From the IMG/VR virus record IMGVR_UViG_3300037785_000039, positions 1-25,116 of that record: a stretch of 25,116 nt of DNA; one strand, written 5' to 3'. The notes under the pieces are model-generated. The model did no database searches and had not been told where the DNA came from. It saw nothing but the letters and a program-made list of their open reading frames with translations. The DNA is from a virus (taxonomy: Duplodnaviria > Caudoviricetes). The translations under genes and the position numbers were made by a program. Of this stretch, positions 7,934 to 17,820 are shown piece after piece (positions within the stretch are counted from its first letter, which is position 1; the number at the start of each line of letters is the position of its first letter).

Positions 7934-9894
7934 TGCCCCTAGTTAAACTCCAGTTCCGCCCCGGGTTCGTCAAGGACACGACCGCCTACACCAACGAGGG
8001 CGGTTGGCGCGATGGCAACAAGGTTCGCTTCAATCTCGGTTTCCCGGAGAAGATCGGCGGCTGGCAGAAGCTGTCCAGCAGCAGCTTCCTTGGCACCTGT
8101 CGCGCGCTGCTGCCTTGGTTCGATCTCGACGGCACGCGGCGCACGGGCGTCGGCACGAACATCAAGTACTACGCCGAAGAGGGCGGAGCGTACTACGACA
8201 TCACCCCGATCCGTCTCACGACGTCAGCCGGGGATGCGACGTTCTCGGCGACGAATGGGTCGGCCACGATCACCGTGTCTGAAACGGGACACGGTGCGTT
8301 GGAGGGGGACTACGTCACATTCTCCGGCGCAGTCAGCCTTGGGGGCGTCATTACGGCCGACGTGCTGAACCAAGAGTATCGGATCGACACCGTGGTTGAT
8401 GCTGATACGTTCACGATCACCGCTCGAGCAGCGAACACGCCCATCTCCGGACTTTCTGGGATCACGGTGGACGGCGAACTGGTGTTCACCCCGCTGCCCG
8501 CCAACGCTTCCGACTCCGGGAACGGTGGCGCCGCTGTTGTTGCCGCGTACCAGATCAGCACTGTGGTCGACAGTACGTCGGTCGGTACGGGCTGGGCCGC
8601 AGGTGGCTGGTCCCGCGAGGGGTGGGGCGAGGCCTCGGACCTCCCCATCAGTACGACGCAGATCCAGACGTGGTCTCACGACGTCTTCGGGGAGGACATC
8701 CTGATCAACCGGCGCGGCGGTCCGATCTACGTATGGGACACGTCCGTCGGAACCTCGTCGCGCGCAGCCACCATCACCGGAACGGACATCCCTGTCGCCG
8801 TGAACCAAGTCATGGTCTCTGACCGGGACCGGCACGTCATCGCGTTCGGCGTCAACGAGGTGGGCGGAACGGACATCGATCCGATGCTCATCCGGTTCTC
8901 CGATCAGGAGGACTACACCAACTGGCAGATCACGGCCACGACCAGTGCAGGCTCCCTGCGCTTGGGCAACGGCTCCGAGATCGTGACCGCCGTCGAGACG
9001 CGGCAGCAGACGCTGGTCTTCACGGACACTGCGCTCTACGCGATGCAGTACCTTGGTCCGCCGTTCACCTTCGGCATCAACATGGTCTCGCGTAACACAT
9101 CTGTGGTATCGCCGAAGGCGGCCGTAGCCGTGGACGACGCCGTCTACTGGATGGGCGACCGGGTGTTCTACGTCTTCACCGGCTCCGTGCAAGAGATTCC
9201 CTGCCCGGTCCTGAACTACGTCTTCGATACGATGGACCCGGAGCAGACGTACAAGACCGTCTGCGGCTCGAACGTCGAGTTCGGGGAGATCTGGTGGTTC
9301 TACCCGTGCGTCTTCACCGGGCAGTGCGACCGCTATGTGGTCTACAACTACAAGCAGCAGATCTGGTACACCGGCTCCATGTCCCGCTCCGCTTGGCAGG
9401 ACCGCGCCGGGGGCCCGCTGCCCTTGGCGGCAGACCAGAACTATCTGTACTACCACGAAACTGGTATCAACGACGGGTCCACGGACCCCGCTTCTCCGAT
9501 CTCGGCCTACATCGAGTCCAGTCCGCTGACGCTTGGCGAAGGGGATCAGTTCGCCTTCCTGTCCCGCGTCATCCCGGACATCGACTTCACAGGCTCCACC
9601 ATCCCCGACCCGAAGGCGCTGTTCACGGTGGCGGCGTCCGACAACCCGGGCGACCTGTACGGGCAGCTCGACGACGGGACCGTGCAACTCGCGTCCTCCG
9701 CCGGTGGCGCAGCGACCCCGGAAATCCCGTCCACGTCGCCCTCGGCAACGACTGCGGTCGATAGCTACACGGACCAGATCTACCTGCGCCTGCGCGGGCG
9801 GCAGATGAAGATTCGGGTCGAGTCCAACGACACGAACACGCAGTGGCGTCTGGGCACGCCGCGCGCCGACTTCCGCACCGACGGGAGGCGCTGA
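7933..9894 (+). CDS. Tail hub/nozzle-like protein (analogue of P22 gp10 / tail tubular protein B)
   Basis: The real start is ATG7933 (TGATG coupling; MPLVKLQFRPG), giving 653 aa. The protein is beta-rich (IRFSDQED..W..T.T..AGSLRL, YNY...WY.G...R.AW) and ends RLRGRQM..WRLG..R.D...DGRR. Confidence 0.7.
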   Translation: MPLVKLQFRPGFVKDTTAYTNEGGWRDGNKVRFNLGFPEKIGGWQKLSSSSFLGTCRALLPWFDLDGTRRTGVGTNIKYYAEEGGAYYDITPIRLTTSAGDATFSATNGSATITVSETGHGALEGDYVTFSGAVSLGGVITADVLNQEYRIDTVVDADTFTITARAANTPISGLSGITVDGELVFTPLPANASDSGNGGAAVVAAYQISTVVDSTSVGTGWAAGGWSREGWGEASDLPISTTQIQTWSHDVFGEDILINRRGGPIYVWDTSVGTSSRAATITGTDIPVAVNQVMVSDRDRHVIAFGVNEVGGTDIDPMLIRFSDQEDYTNWQITATTSAGSLRLGNGSEIVTAVETRQQTLVFTDTALYAMQYLGPPFTFGINMVSRNTSVVSPKAAVAVDDAVYWMGDRVFYVFTGSVQEIPCPVLNYVFDTMDPEQTYKTVCGSNVEFGEIWWFYPCVFTGQCDRYVVYNYKQQIWYTGSMSRSAWQDRAGGPLPLAADQNYLYYHETGINDGSTDPASPISAYIESSPLTLGEGDQFAFLSRVIPDIDFTGSTIPDPKALFTVAASDNPGDLYGQLDDGTVQLASSAGGAATPEIPSTSPSATTAVDSYTDQIYLRLRGRQMKIRVESNDTNTQWRLGTPRADFRTDGRR

Positions 9895-10121
9895 TGTCGA
9901 GAAACCTCGCACGGCCGTACTTCCCGGTCCCGCCCCGGGAGTACGATCCTCAGTACATGTACGAGCTCGTCCGGGCGTTCTCCGTATACATCGACCAGCA
10001 GGCAAACCCCGGTCTGGGCCGGTTCACGAACGTGACGCTGACGGACCTGCCTACGGCCTCCACGGGCCTCGAACCGGGGACCCTGTGGAATGACTCCGGA
10101 ACGGTGAAGGTCGCCACATAA
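9894..10121 (+). CDS. Small virion protein following the tail hub
   Basis: ATG9894 is coupled to TGA; 75 aa (FPVPPREYDPQY..ELVR..LPTASTGLEPGTLWND.GTVKV). Confidence 0.65.
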   Translation: MSRNLARPYFPVPPREYDPQYMYELVRAFSVYIDQQANPGLGRFTNVTLTDLPTASTGLEPGTLWNDSGTVKVAT

Positions 10122-10123
10122 GA

Positions 10124-10152
10124 TTGCCTTGCAGGCTCTCGTTCTGTAGTAT
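10124..10152 (+). promoter_or_regulatory. Candidate sigma70-type promoter
   Basis: TTGCCT (10124-10129), 17-nt spacer, TAGTAT (10147-10152), in the intergenic gap before the internal-protein genes. Confidence 0.4.
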
Positions 10153-10212
10153 CCACCCAACGCCATAACGTCTGGCGCAGATCCGAAGTTGTACCCAAGC
10201 CAAGGACTCGCC

Positions 10213-11070
10213 ATGGGTTTTCTGCCCGCACTTGCACCTGCCGCCGCTGGAGCCGCCTCTGCCGCCGCACCGGCATTGGCTAGTGGGATTGCAGCCGCCG
10301 CACCGGCAGCCGCTGGCCTCGGTGCCGCAGCCGCCCCGGCCGCCGCCGCACTTGCACCTGCCGCAGCCGCCGCACCTGCCGCCGCTGGCCTCGGAGCGGG
10401 TGTGGCGGGATCTGCTGCCGGAGCTGGAGCCGCCGCCGGGGGTATGGCAGCCGCCGCGCCCGGCTTGATCGGCAAGGGCATCGCCGCACTTGCACCTGCC
10501 GCCATCCCCAAGGCGATGGCTGCCCCGGTGGGGACGGGACTCGCCTCGGCAATCGGCGGGATCCAGAACCTCACCAAGCTCGGCTCCGCATTGTATAAGA
10601 TGGGGTCGCAAGGTGCCGGGGCAGCGCCCGCTCCGTTCACCCCGGAGGTTCGGCAAGCTCCGGCGCGAGATCGAACCAATTCTCTCGGCGGCGACATGTT
10701 TGCTGCTCCGCAGGAGACTCCGAGCCCCTTCCCGAAGACATCGATGAACCAAGGCATCATGGCCATGCAGCCCTTCCAGCAGCCCATGAGTTCGTTGCCC
10801 ATGAGCCCGGTGTCCTTCAACCTAAACGGCAGCTACCGGGACGGCGGCTACATCCAAGGTCCGGGGACCGGGCGCAGCGATTCGATCCCCGCCCGCATCT
10901 ACCAAGACGGCCAACCGGTCCAAGAAGCGCGGCTCTCGGACGGTGAGTTCGTGATGACTGAGCGCGCCGTACGCGGCGCAGGAAATGGCGACCGGGCCAA
11001 GGGCGCAGCGCGGATGTATCGCATGATGCGCGAGTTTGAAAAAGGAGGCCGGGTCCATGGGCGCGCCTAG
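10213..11070 (+). CDS. Internal virion protein with an Ala-rich repetitive N-terminus and a GPGTG.SDSIPA..LSDGEFV C-terminal domain
   Basis: ATG10213 follows AAGGA. The C-terminal YRDGGYIQGPGTGRSDSIPAR..RLSDGEFVMTERAV resembles a motif of tape-measure protein C-termini. Confidence 0.7.
   Translation: MGFLPALAPAAAGAASAAAPALASGIAAAAPAAAGLGAAAAPAAAALAPAAAAAPAAAGLGAGVAGSAAGAGAAAGGMAAAAPGLIGKGIAALAPAAIPKAMAAPVGTGLASAIGGIQNLTKLGSALYKMGSQGAGAAPAPFTPEVRQAPARDRTNSLGGDMFAAPQETPSPFPKTSMNQGIMAMQPFQQPMSSLPMSPVSFNLNGSYRDGGYIQGPGTGRSDSIPARIYQDGQPVQEARLSDGEFVMTERAVRGAGNGDRAKGAARMYRMMREFEKGGRVHGRA
10228..10502 (+). repeat. Imperfect intragenic repeats encoding ALAPA / AAAAPAAAGLGA
   Basis: The 17-mer gcacttgcacctgccgc occurs at 10228, 10348 and 10486. 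Near-identical AAAAPAAAGLGA-coding segments lie near 10291 and 10362. Confidence 0.8.
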
Positions 11071-12295
11071 TTCACAGACGGTCAAGCAGACTACGAAGAC
11101 GGAACTTGATCCGGTCCTTCAGGCCCACCTGTACGGGGGCAAGCTTCCTGCCTCGGCCATGACCGGCATCGTTCCGGCATACTTCCGCGCCCCGTCGGGC
11201 AGCCTGAAGGGCGCCTACGAGACGGTCGCAGATCTCTACGGTGACCAGCAGCGCTTCGCGGACGGCGGCAACGTCCTGAGCCTTGCCGAGCAGGCCTACC
11301 AGCTGACGACCGGCACGGACCTTGGTGCGCAGCTGCCTGAGTATCAGGTGGCGGCCCAAGATCCTTCTATGATGAGCGCCTACAACCTCGGTATGGGCGG
11401 CATCGGATCGTACCAGCCGTATCTTCAGCAAGGTGCCGCGACGACGCAGGGCGGTGTCGGAGCGCTGCAGCGCGGGCTGGGCGCAACCGGGAGCGCGCTC
11501 CAGATGGCTCAGCCGTACCAGACGGCGGCCGCTCAGATGATGAACCTTGGCGCTGAGACCGCCATGGGCGCAACCGGGGGTTATGACCCCTCGTCCTACC
11601 AGTCGTACATGAACCCCTACACCGAGGACGTGATCCGGGCTTCGGAGCAAGACGCGGCCCGTCAGGCGGCGATCTTGGGCCGGGAGATCGGGGCATCTGC
11701 CGTCGGCGCGGGCGCATATGGCGGCGGTCGCGAGGCGGTTGCTCGGTCGGAGGCCGCCCGGAACATTGCGGACCAGCTTGCCCGGACCACGTCGCAGCTT
11801 CGCCAGCAGGGCTACATGGGCGCCCAGCAGCAGGCGCAGACGGCGTTCGAGCAGCAGCAACAGCGGCAGCTGTCCGGCGCGGGTCTGGCCGGTCAGATGG
11901 GTCAGGGGCTCGGGGCCCTCGGTACTTCGTACGGCCAGCTCGGCATTCAGGGCGCCGGTCAGATGGGCCAGCTTGGTCTGGGCTTGGGCAACCTCGGCCA
12001 GCAGCAGGCGGCATTTGGCCAGCAGGCGCAGCAGGGCCTTGGCGCGGACATCTCGATGCTGCAGAACCTCGGCCAGCAGCAGATGCAGTACAACCAAGCG
12101 CTGCTGGATGCCGCACGGATGAACGAGTACCAGCGTGTCATGGCTCCGTACCAGCAGACGGCGTTCCGCGCCGACATCCTGTCTGGTTCCCCGACGGGCG
12201 TGTCTGGGGCCATGACGCAGACGTCGCCGGGCCCGAGCCCGCTCAGCCAAGTCGGCGGCCTTCTCATGGCCGGTCTCGGCGGCCTTGGCGGGTAA
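11057..12295 (+). CDS. Gln/Gly/Ala-rich internal (DNA ejection/pilot-like) protein
   Basis: A strong SD (AAAGGAGG, 11041-11048) precedes ATG11057. The sequence includes YMNPY..VI..GA.AVGAGAYGGGR and Q-rich helical stretches. Confidence 0.7.
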   Translation: MGAPSSQTVKQTTKTELDPVLQAHLYGGKLPASAMTGIVPAYFRAPSGSLKGAYETVADLYGDQQRFADGGNVLSLAEQAYQLTTGTDLGAQLPEYQVAAQDPSMMSAYNLGMGGIGSYQPYLQQGAATTQGGVGALQRGLGATGSALQMAQPYQTAAAQMMNLGAETAMGATGGYDPSSYQSYMNPYTEDVIRASEQDAARQAAILGREIGASAVGAGAYGGGREAVARSEAARNIADQLARTTSQLRQQGYMGAQQQAQTAFEQQQQRQLSGAGLAGQMGQGLGALGTSYGQLGIQGAGQMGQLGLGLGNLGQQQAAFGQQAQQGLGADISMLQNLGQQQMQYNQALLDAARMNEYQRVMAPYQQTAFRADILSGSPTGVSGAMTQTSPGPSPLSQVGGLLMAGLGGLGG

Positions 12296-12309
12296 TAAGG
12301 AAGCACACC

Positions 12310-13386
12310 ATGTCCGTGATGCAACGCAAGCTCTTCGCCAACAAGGAAGCCCGGACCAAGCTCCGGGACATGGGCGGGATCATGTCCTCGTTCCCCGAAC
12401 TGTCTGGCGAAGTGCAGCGGTTTCAGGACGGCATGATGGTCGAGGCTTCGCCGGGGTTCAGCCCGCCGGTGCCTTCGGTTTATGACCAACTGGTCGCCGA
12501 GTCCTTGCTCGAAAGGACTTCTCGTGATCCCAACCCGCGCCGGGGAGGCACGCCCCGCGCTACGCCGTTTGAGATGCCTTTTGATCTAAACCTGAGCGAA
12601 ACGACTGCTCAGCCCAACCCCCGCCGGAGGGGGCAAGAGGAAGTGGCGGCTCCTGCTCCGGTTGTGACTGAGCGCCCGGACCCGGAGCGCCTCAATCGAA
12701 AAGAGCTCCGAGATTTGAGGGCAACCCAGCCTGCCGTCGAAGTGTTCAAGGACGACACCGAAGAACCGGCACCCGCAGAGGAACAGGCCGCGCCGACGAC
12801 CGAACAGCGGATCGCGGACCTTATTCCCACGTCCACCGAAACGCCTGATGAAACGGGCGGCGGGGAGACCGACACTCCCGACCTCCGCGCCCGGGCCGAG
12901 GAGCGCATCAAGCTGTTCCAAGACCTCTTTGGGTCGGACGAGCCGACGGCGCGCGACCGGGCCATGCAGTTCGCCATGATCGGTCTGGCCATCGCCGCCG
13001 GTCAGAGCCCGAATGCGCTGACGAACATCGCTTCGGGGCTGCTGGCTGGGACGCAGGCAATGACGGCGCAGGAAGCGGAGCGCCGCAAGGGTGCTCGCGA
13101 GATCAGGTCCGAAGCTATCACCTCCGTGTTCGATGAGCTGGAGGCGGAGCGCGAGGCGAGGATTAAGGACCGCGAAAAGTACCAGCCGACGGAGTCTTAC
13201 ACCGACACCCTCATGAAGACGATTAACACCCTGATCAGCGAGGGCGAGGACCCCATCAAGGCCGCTCAAATAGCCGAGCAGCTAGTTAACCCTCTGTATG
13301 GTCGTCCCATGCTTCCTCCGGAAGGAACCGGCCCAGCATTTCCCGATGACATGACTGAGGAAGAAAAAGCAGCGTACGGAGGCTGA
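12310..13386 (+). CDS. Putative internal virion protein
   Basis: 358 aa with SD AAGGA, an acidic Pro-rich linker and one hydrophobic segment (AMQFAMIGLAIAAGQSPNALTNIASGLLAG). It lies among the ejection-like genes. Confidence 0.65.
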   Translation: MSVMQRKLFANKEARTKLRDMGGIMSSFPELSGEVQRFQDGMMVEASPGFSPPVPSVYDQLVAESLLERTSRDPNPRRGGTPRATPFEMPFDLNLSETTAQPNPRRRGQEEVAAPAPVVTERPDPERLNRKELRDLRATQPAVEVFKDDTEEPAPAEEQAAPTTEQRIADLIPTSTETPDETGGGETDTPDLRARAEERIKLFQDLFGSDEPTARDRAMQFAMIGLAIAAGQSPNALTNIASGLLAGTQAMTAQEAERRKGAREIRSEAITSVFDELEAEREARIKDREKYQPTESYTDTLMKTINTLISEGEDPIKAAQIAEQLVNPLYGRPMLPPEGTGPAFPDDMTEEEKAAYGG

Positions 13387-13388
13387 GC

Positions 13389-16300
13389 ATGGCCACATAC
13401 GAAGAGATCATGGCCGCTGCTCAAAACGCAAAAGCCGAAGGCCGAGACGGCGCGGCTCGGTTTCTTGCGACTCGGGCCTACGAGCTTCGTACCGGCCGCC
13501 CGTTCAGCGTAGGTGACGCGGAGAACCCAGAGGACGTCTACGATCCGACCGTAAGCGAGGGCGTGGCGCAGGAGTTTTTCGAGGGCATCTTCTCCGGCGG
13601 CACCCGTATCGTCCAAGGCGTCCTCGAGACCGGCGCTGCGGCAGCAGACTTGGTCGGCGACACGGACTTTGCTCCGCAGGTCACTGAGGCCTTTGAGGCC
13701 TTCCGTGAACGGGCGGGCATTGATCCTGTTGGGCTGGTCGGCAAAGGTGCCGAGGTCATTACCCAGTTCGTCATCCCGGGCGGCCTCGCCGCGCGTGCCG
13801 TGGGCAACCTGTCCAAGGCCGGTCGCATCGGCACGGCGATCCGGCAGATCGCGGCGGCAGGCGCGGTCGATGCCGTCGTTTCCGACAACGATACGACCAC
13901 CATTGGCGACTTCTTCGAGGGCGGCCCCACGCAGCGCGACGAAATGGTTGGTTTGACCGGTCGAGACGAAGCGCTGCGTCGGATCGCAAACAAACTCCGT
14001 GTCGGCGCCGAGAGCGGCGCGGCCCAGATCATTGCTCCCCTTGCGATCAGTGCGGCAGCACGGGGCGCGGGGAAGGCCGCGCTTGCCGTGGACCGTGTAC
14101 CGGGGCTCAGGGTCCTCGGACCTGTGGCAGCGGCCCGTGGCGTCCAGCGCTTGGCCAAGCCTATCGGCGCGCGCCTCGGCCGCATCGAAGAGGCGCTGCG
14201 CACGGGCCAAAAAGTCGGCAGCTTCGGGCGCATGCTCGGCGAGACGCTGGCTGCGACTCGTTACCGTGGCATGCTGCCGGAGGAGGTTGCAGAAGCGCGG
14301 CTGCTGAGCACCGGTCAGGAAGAGGCAGGCGTCCAGCAGGCGCTCGCTTTGTCCGCCCGCATCAACAGTAGTCTCGACGGCGTTCTCAAGAAGATGAACA
14401 GGATGGCGCCCACCGCCACCCCGCTCACGCGGGCCGACGCGCTGAACACCATCGAAGAGTTCCTGACGACGAAGAACCCCGCCCGCAGAACGCAGCTCTT
14501 CAACTCGATCCCGCAAGATCTGCGCTCCGACGTCCAGCAGATGCGGACGATGGTTGACGACCTCAGCCAGCAGATCCTCGGCGGCGACTTCATGAAGCGC
14601 TTTGGCCAGACGCAAGCCAAGAACGATCCGCTGAACCGCACCATCGAGCAGGTGATCAAGGGCAACCTCGGATCCTACATGCGCCGTCGCTACCGGATCT
14701 TTGAGGACACGGGATACCAGCCCACGCAGGACGTCATCAACGCGGCCGCGCAAGGGTTCAAGAACGACAAGAGCTCGGTCGAGGCCATCTTTGGGGAACT
14801 GATCCAAAAGAACAAGGCTACCCCCGCTGACCTTGGCGTCAATGTGTCCCCGGCCGGGAAGATCACAGGACCGGTGTCCGACGAGCAGGCGCAGCGGGCC
14901 GTTACGGCGTTTCTCGACAAATATCGCAAGGCTCGCGGCCAGAAAAACCTCCTGTCGCGAGTCGCCGAGAAGCGCGTTCCGACGGACCTCTTCATCACCC
15001 GTAAGAACCTGAAGGACTATCAGAAGGCTTTGATCGGCGAGGTGAAGAACCCGCTGGAGAACTTCGTTGCCACCGTTGCCGATCTGGCCGAGTTCAAGGC
15101 GGTTGACGACTACTTTTCCCGCGTGCGCAGCCTTGCAGACGACCCGAACAACGCCAACACGTTCGGGCGGTGGTTCCGCAATACGGAGAAGATGTCTCCG
15201 GTGCAGAAGAGGGCACTGCAGGAAGACGACGGCTACCGCATCCTCGGCGAGGGAGACAAGGACCCGCTGCAGAGCGGCTGGGGTTCCCTGCAGGGCTATG
15301 CCGTGCCCGAGCGGATTTACCGGGACCTGACCCGCACCGTTGCCGGTGACCTTAACGTCGTAGGAAACTCCGCCCGGTCTCTGTACAACACATTCCTTCG
15401 GGCCAAGGGCTTCACCCAGTTCGGGACGGTCGTGCTGTCGCCAGCAACCCAGATTCGGAACGTCACCACCGCGGCCCTGTACTCTACGATGCAAGGCAAC
15501 GTGGGCCGGGGCGCAAACCTCTGGGAGTCGATGCGGCTGGTGTTCGACAACCTCCCGCAGGGTCAGGTGACTGACATGTTCACCAAGCTCCAGCGGCTGG
15601 GTGTCGTCGGATCGCAGGCCGAGCTCCGCGAGATGCAGGACTTGATCTCCAAGGGCTTCGGCTTCGACCAGCCTGCGCGCATGTTGGGCGGTCTCCCGAC
15701 CGGGCGGCGCATCGGATCTCGGTGGACAGACAACCCCATCGGCGCGTTTGTTGCCGGTTCGGGACGCAAGGCACAAAACTTGTATCAGGCAGGGGACGAT
15801 CTCTGGAAGATCTACAACTTCCAGTTCGAACGCCGGAAGCTCCTCGACGCTCTGCAAAGCATGGGCGGGAAGGAGCGGCAGGCGTATATCGATGCCCGTG
15901 GCGGGGCGGGCAAGGCGCTCGACGACTTCCTCGATGAGGAGGCGGCCTACGTCGTCCGGAACGTGATCCCCAACTACAACATGGTCCCCGAGGCGGTGCG
16001 GTTCCTGCGCCGGATGCCTGTCGGCAACTTCATAGCTTTCCCATCAGAGATCATCCGGACCAGCGTCAACACCCTGAGCCGGGCGCTCGATGAGCTTGCC
16101 GACCCGAACCGCGCCATCCAAGAGATTGGCATGCGCCGGATCACGGGCATGATGGGCACCGTGGGGATCATCGGTCCGACGCTCTCGAAGCTCGCCTATC
16201 AGACCTCGGGCGTAAGCGAAGAAGAGATGGACGCCTACCGTCGGTCCTTGGCTGCCCCGTGGGAACGCAATGCGCGCCTGATTCCGGTCGGTCGCCATGA

Positions 16301-17504
16301 GGACGGAACGCCCAAGTACATCAACTTCTCGTACTCGAACCCGTACGACATGATCGAACGGATGTTCACTGCCGCGCTCAACAAGCAGGAAGAGGGCCGC
16401 CTGCTCGGCAAGTCCTCTGACCAGATCGCGTTCGAGGCGTTCTCGGAATCCTTCGGGGAACTCGTGGCTCCGTTCACCGAAGAATCCATTGTTACCGGGG
16501 CGTTGCGTGACGTTCTTGATCCAAACTCTCAAGTTCCGGGTGTCCGTCAGCTCGGTCAGCTCGTTGGCGGCCGGGGCGGCTCGACCCTGACTGGGGCCCG
16601 AGTGTACAGCACGGAAGACAGTGCTGGTGACAGGGCCCGGAAGAGCGTCAATCACGTCTTCGGGACGATCCTGCCTTCAATCGTGCCCATCGATACGCGC
16701 GGCGGGGAGCTCGAACCCAGTCGTTTCGCGCGTGGGTTCGTCAACACTCTCGGCTTGAACGAGGAGCTTGGCGTTGACCCGGAAGACCGGCGGGGCATCG
16801 AGCGCCGCCTGAGCGCGGAGCTTGCCCGAGTCTTCAGCGGGATCGCCGAGTCCGAGAGCCAAGCCACTCAGGGCCTGATCTACCGTGGGTTCGAGTTCAG
16901 CCAGCGCCGTCGCACCGCCAGTGGGATCTTCAACAGCGTGGCGCGCCGTCCGAACGTCACCTCGCAGGAGCTGCTCGACGCCTTTGTCCGCGCCGACGAA
17001 GCGCGCTACCGGGTGTTCAACCAGTTCTACCGGACGGTCGAGGATCTCCGTGCCATCGGCATGTCGGACCGCGAGATCCGTCGCATCCTCGACCAGAACA
17101 ACATCGGTGGCGTGAACCAGCTGCTGCGCGGCCGGTACGAGCCGCTGGATGTGAGCAAGGAAATCCGTCAGGTGATGCGGCGCAACGGTCGTTTGGACCA
17201 GCTGCCGAGGAGCGAGATCCAAGAGTACCGGAGGCAGCGTCGGCAGATCGGCTACGGCCCTGTCGAAGAGGCAGCGCCTGCGCCGGAGGCGCCCGCCGGA
17301 GCGGGCAACCCGCTCATGGGCATGGATCAAGCACAAGGGGCGGCTCCCGCCGCCCCGGTTGTCGGTCCAGTGCCAGCTGCGCCGGGCCCACAACCCTCGG
17401 CACAACCGGCAAGAACCGCACCTCCACCGTTGGAGCTTCTTGGGTCAAACCCGTTCGAAGCACTTCGGAACCTTGGTATCGCACAGCGTCCACTTAATCA
17501 GTAG
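13389..17504 (+). CDS. Very large internal virion/ejection protein
   Basis: 1371 aa with SD GGAGG and strong GC3 bias. It is the last gene of the structural operon, matching podovirus ejectosome proteins in size and position. I recognised no catalytic motif. Confidence 0.7.
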   Translation: MATYEEIMAAAQNAKAEGRDGAARFLATRAYELRTGRPFSVGDAENPEDVYDPTVSEGVAQEFFEGIFSGGTRIVQGVLETGAAAADLVGDTDFAPQVTEAFEAFRERAGIDPVGLVGKGAEVITQFVIPGGLAARAVGNLSKAGRIGTAIRQIAAAGAVDAVVSDNDTTTIGDFFEGGPTQRDEMVGLTGRDEALRRIANKLRVGAESGAAQIIAPLAISAAARGAGKAALAVDRVPGLRVLGPVAAARGVQRLAKPIGARLGRIEEALRTGQKVGSFGRMLGETLAATRYRGMLPEEVAEARLLSTGQEEAGVQQALALSARINSSLDGVLKKMNRMAPTATPLTRADALNTIEEFLTTKNPARRTQLFNSIPQDLRSDVQQMRTMVDDLSQQILGGDFMKRFGQTQAKNDPLNRTIEQVIKGNLGSYMRRRYRIFEDTGYQPTQDVINAAAQGFKNDKSSVEAIFGELIQKNKATPADLGVNVSPAGKITGPVSDEQAQRAVTAFLDKYRKARGQKNLLSRVAEKRVPTDLFITRKNLKDYQKALIGEVKNPLENFVATVADLAEFKAVDDYFSRVRSLADDPNNANTFGRWFRNTEKMSPVQKRALQEDDGYRILGEGDKDPLQSGWGSLQGYAVPERIYRDLTRTVAGDLNVVGNSARSLYNTFLRAKGFTQFGTVVLSPATQIRNVTTAALYSTMQGNVGRGANLWESMRLVFDNLPQGQVTDMFTKLQRLGVVGSQAELREMQDLISKGFGFDQPARMLGGLPTGRRIGSRWTDNPIGAFVAGSGRKAQNLYQAGDDLWKIYNFQFERRKLLDALQSMGGKERQAYIDARGGAGKALDDFLDEEAAYVVRNVIPNYNMVPEAVRFLRRMPVGNFIAFPSEIIRTSVNTLSRALDELADPNRAIQEIGMRRITGMMGTVGIIGPTLSKLAYQTSGVSEEEMDAYRRSLAAPWERNARLIPVGRHEDGTPKYINFSYSNPYDMIERMFTAALNKQEEGRLLGKSSDQIAFEAFSESFGELVAPFTEESIVTGALRDVLDPNSQVPGVRQLGQLVGGRGGSTLTGARVYSTEDSAGDRARKSVNHVFGTILPSIVPIDTRGGELEPSRFARGFVNTLGLNEELGVDPEDRRGIERRLSAELARVFSGIAESESQATQGLIYRGFEFSQRRRTASGIFNSVARRPNVTSQELLDAFVRADEARYRVFNQFYRTVEDLRAIGMSDREIRRILDQNNIGGVNQLLRGRYEPLDVSKEIRQVMRRNGRLDQLPRSEIQEYRRQRRQIGYGPVEEAAPAPEAPAGAGNPLMGMDQAQGAAPAAPVVGPVPAAPGPQPSAQPARTAPPPLELLGSNPFEALRNLGIAQRPLNQ

Positions 17505-17710
17505 GCCGCCTCGTACGTTACCTCTACCCCATCGCCGCCGAAGAGGATGACAGCGTCTTCGGCGGTCTTGTGCGCTTCCTCGAAGACCTCCTCGTTCTCG
17601 TACCCTTCCGCTAGCTTCAGCAGGGCCGTGATCATGAGGCAGAACGCCTCCACCTGATCAGGGTGCATGTCCTTGAAGCCGACGGTCTTGATCTCAGACT
17701 CGAAATCCAT
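17498..17710 (-). CDS. Small acidic hypothetical protein
   Basis: ATG17710 has SD GGAGG 7 nt upstream; 70 aa (MDFESEIKTVGFKDMHPDQ...). Its 3' end overlaps the convergent gene by 7 nt. Confidence 0.65.
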   Translation of the reverse strand: MDFESEIKTVGFKDMHPDQVEAFCLMITALLKLAEGYENEEVFEEAHKTAEDAVILFGGDGVEVTYEAAY

Positions 17711-17820
17711 CGAAGTCCCTCCGAGTTGCAGTGCCGTGTAGGAAGGGTAGCACCCCTCCTCGCTCGCCCAAAGCGGATCAAGCCCCACCTAGGGTAGAAT
17801 CCGCGCTTGACCTGCGCCGG

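Noticed and set aside
10228-10502. CRISPR-like array
   Set aside because: The repeats are short, irregularly spaced, in frame and encode Ala/Pro-rich peptide; no cas genes are present.
13266-15857. 863-aa minus-strand ORF, and similar ones at 523-1617, 8224-10005, 11072-12250 and 20266-21513
   Set aside because: These are antisense shadows of real genes, with no recognisable domains. The two nested nuclease ORFs differ in being same-strand with clear family motifs.
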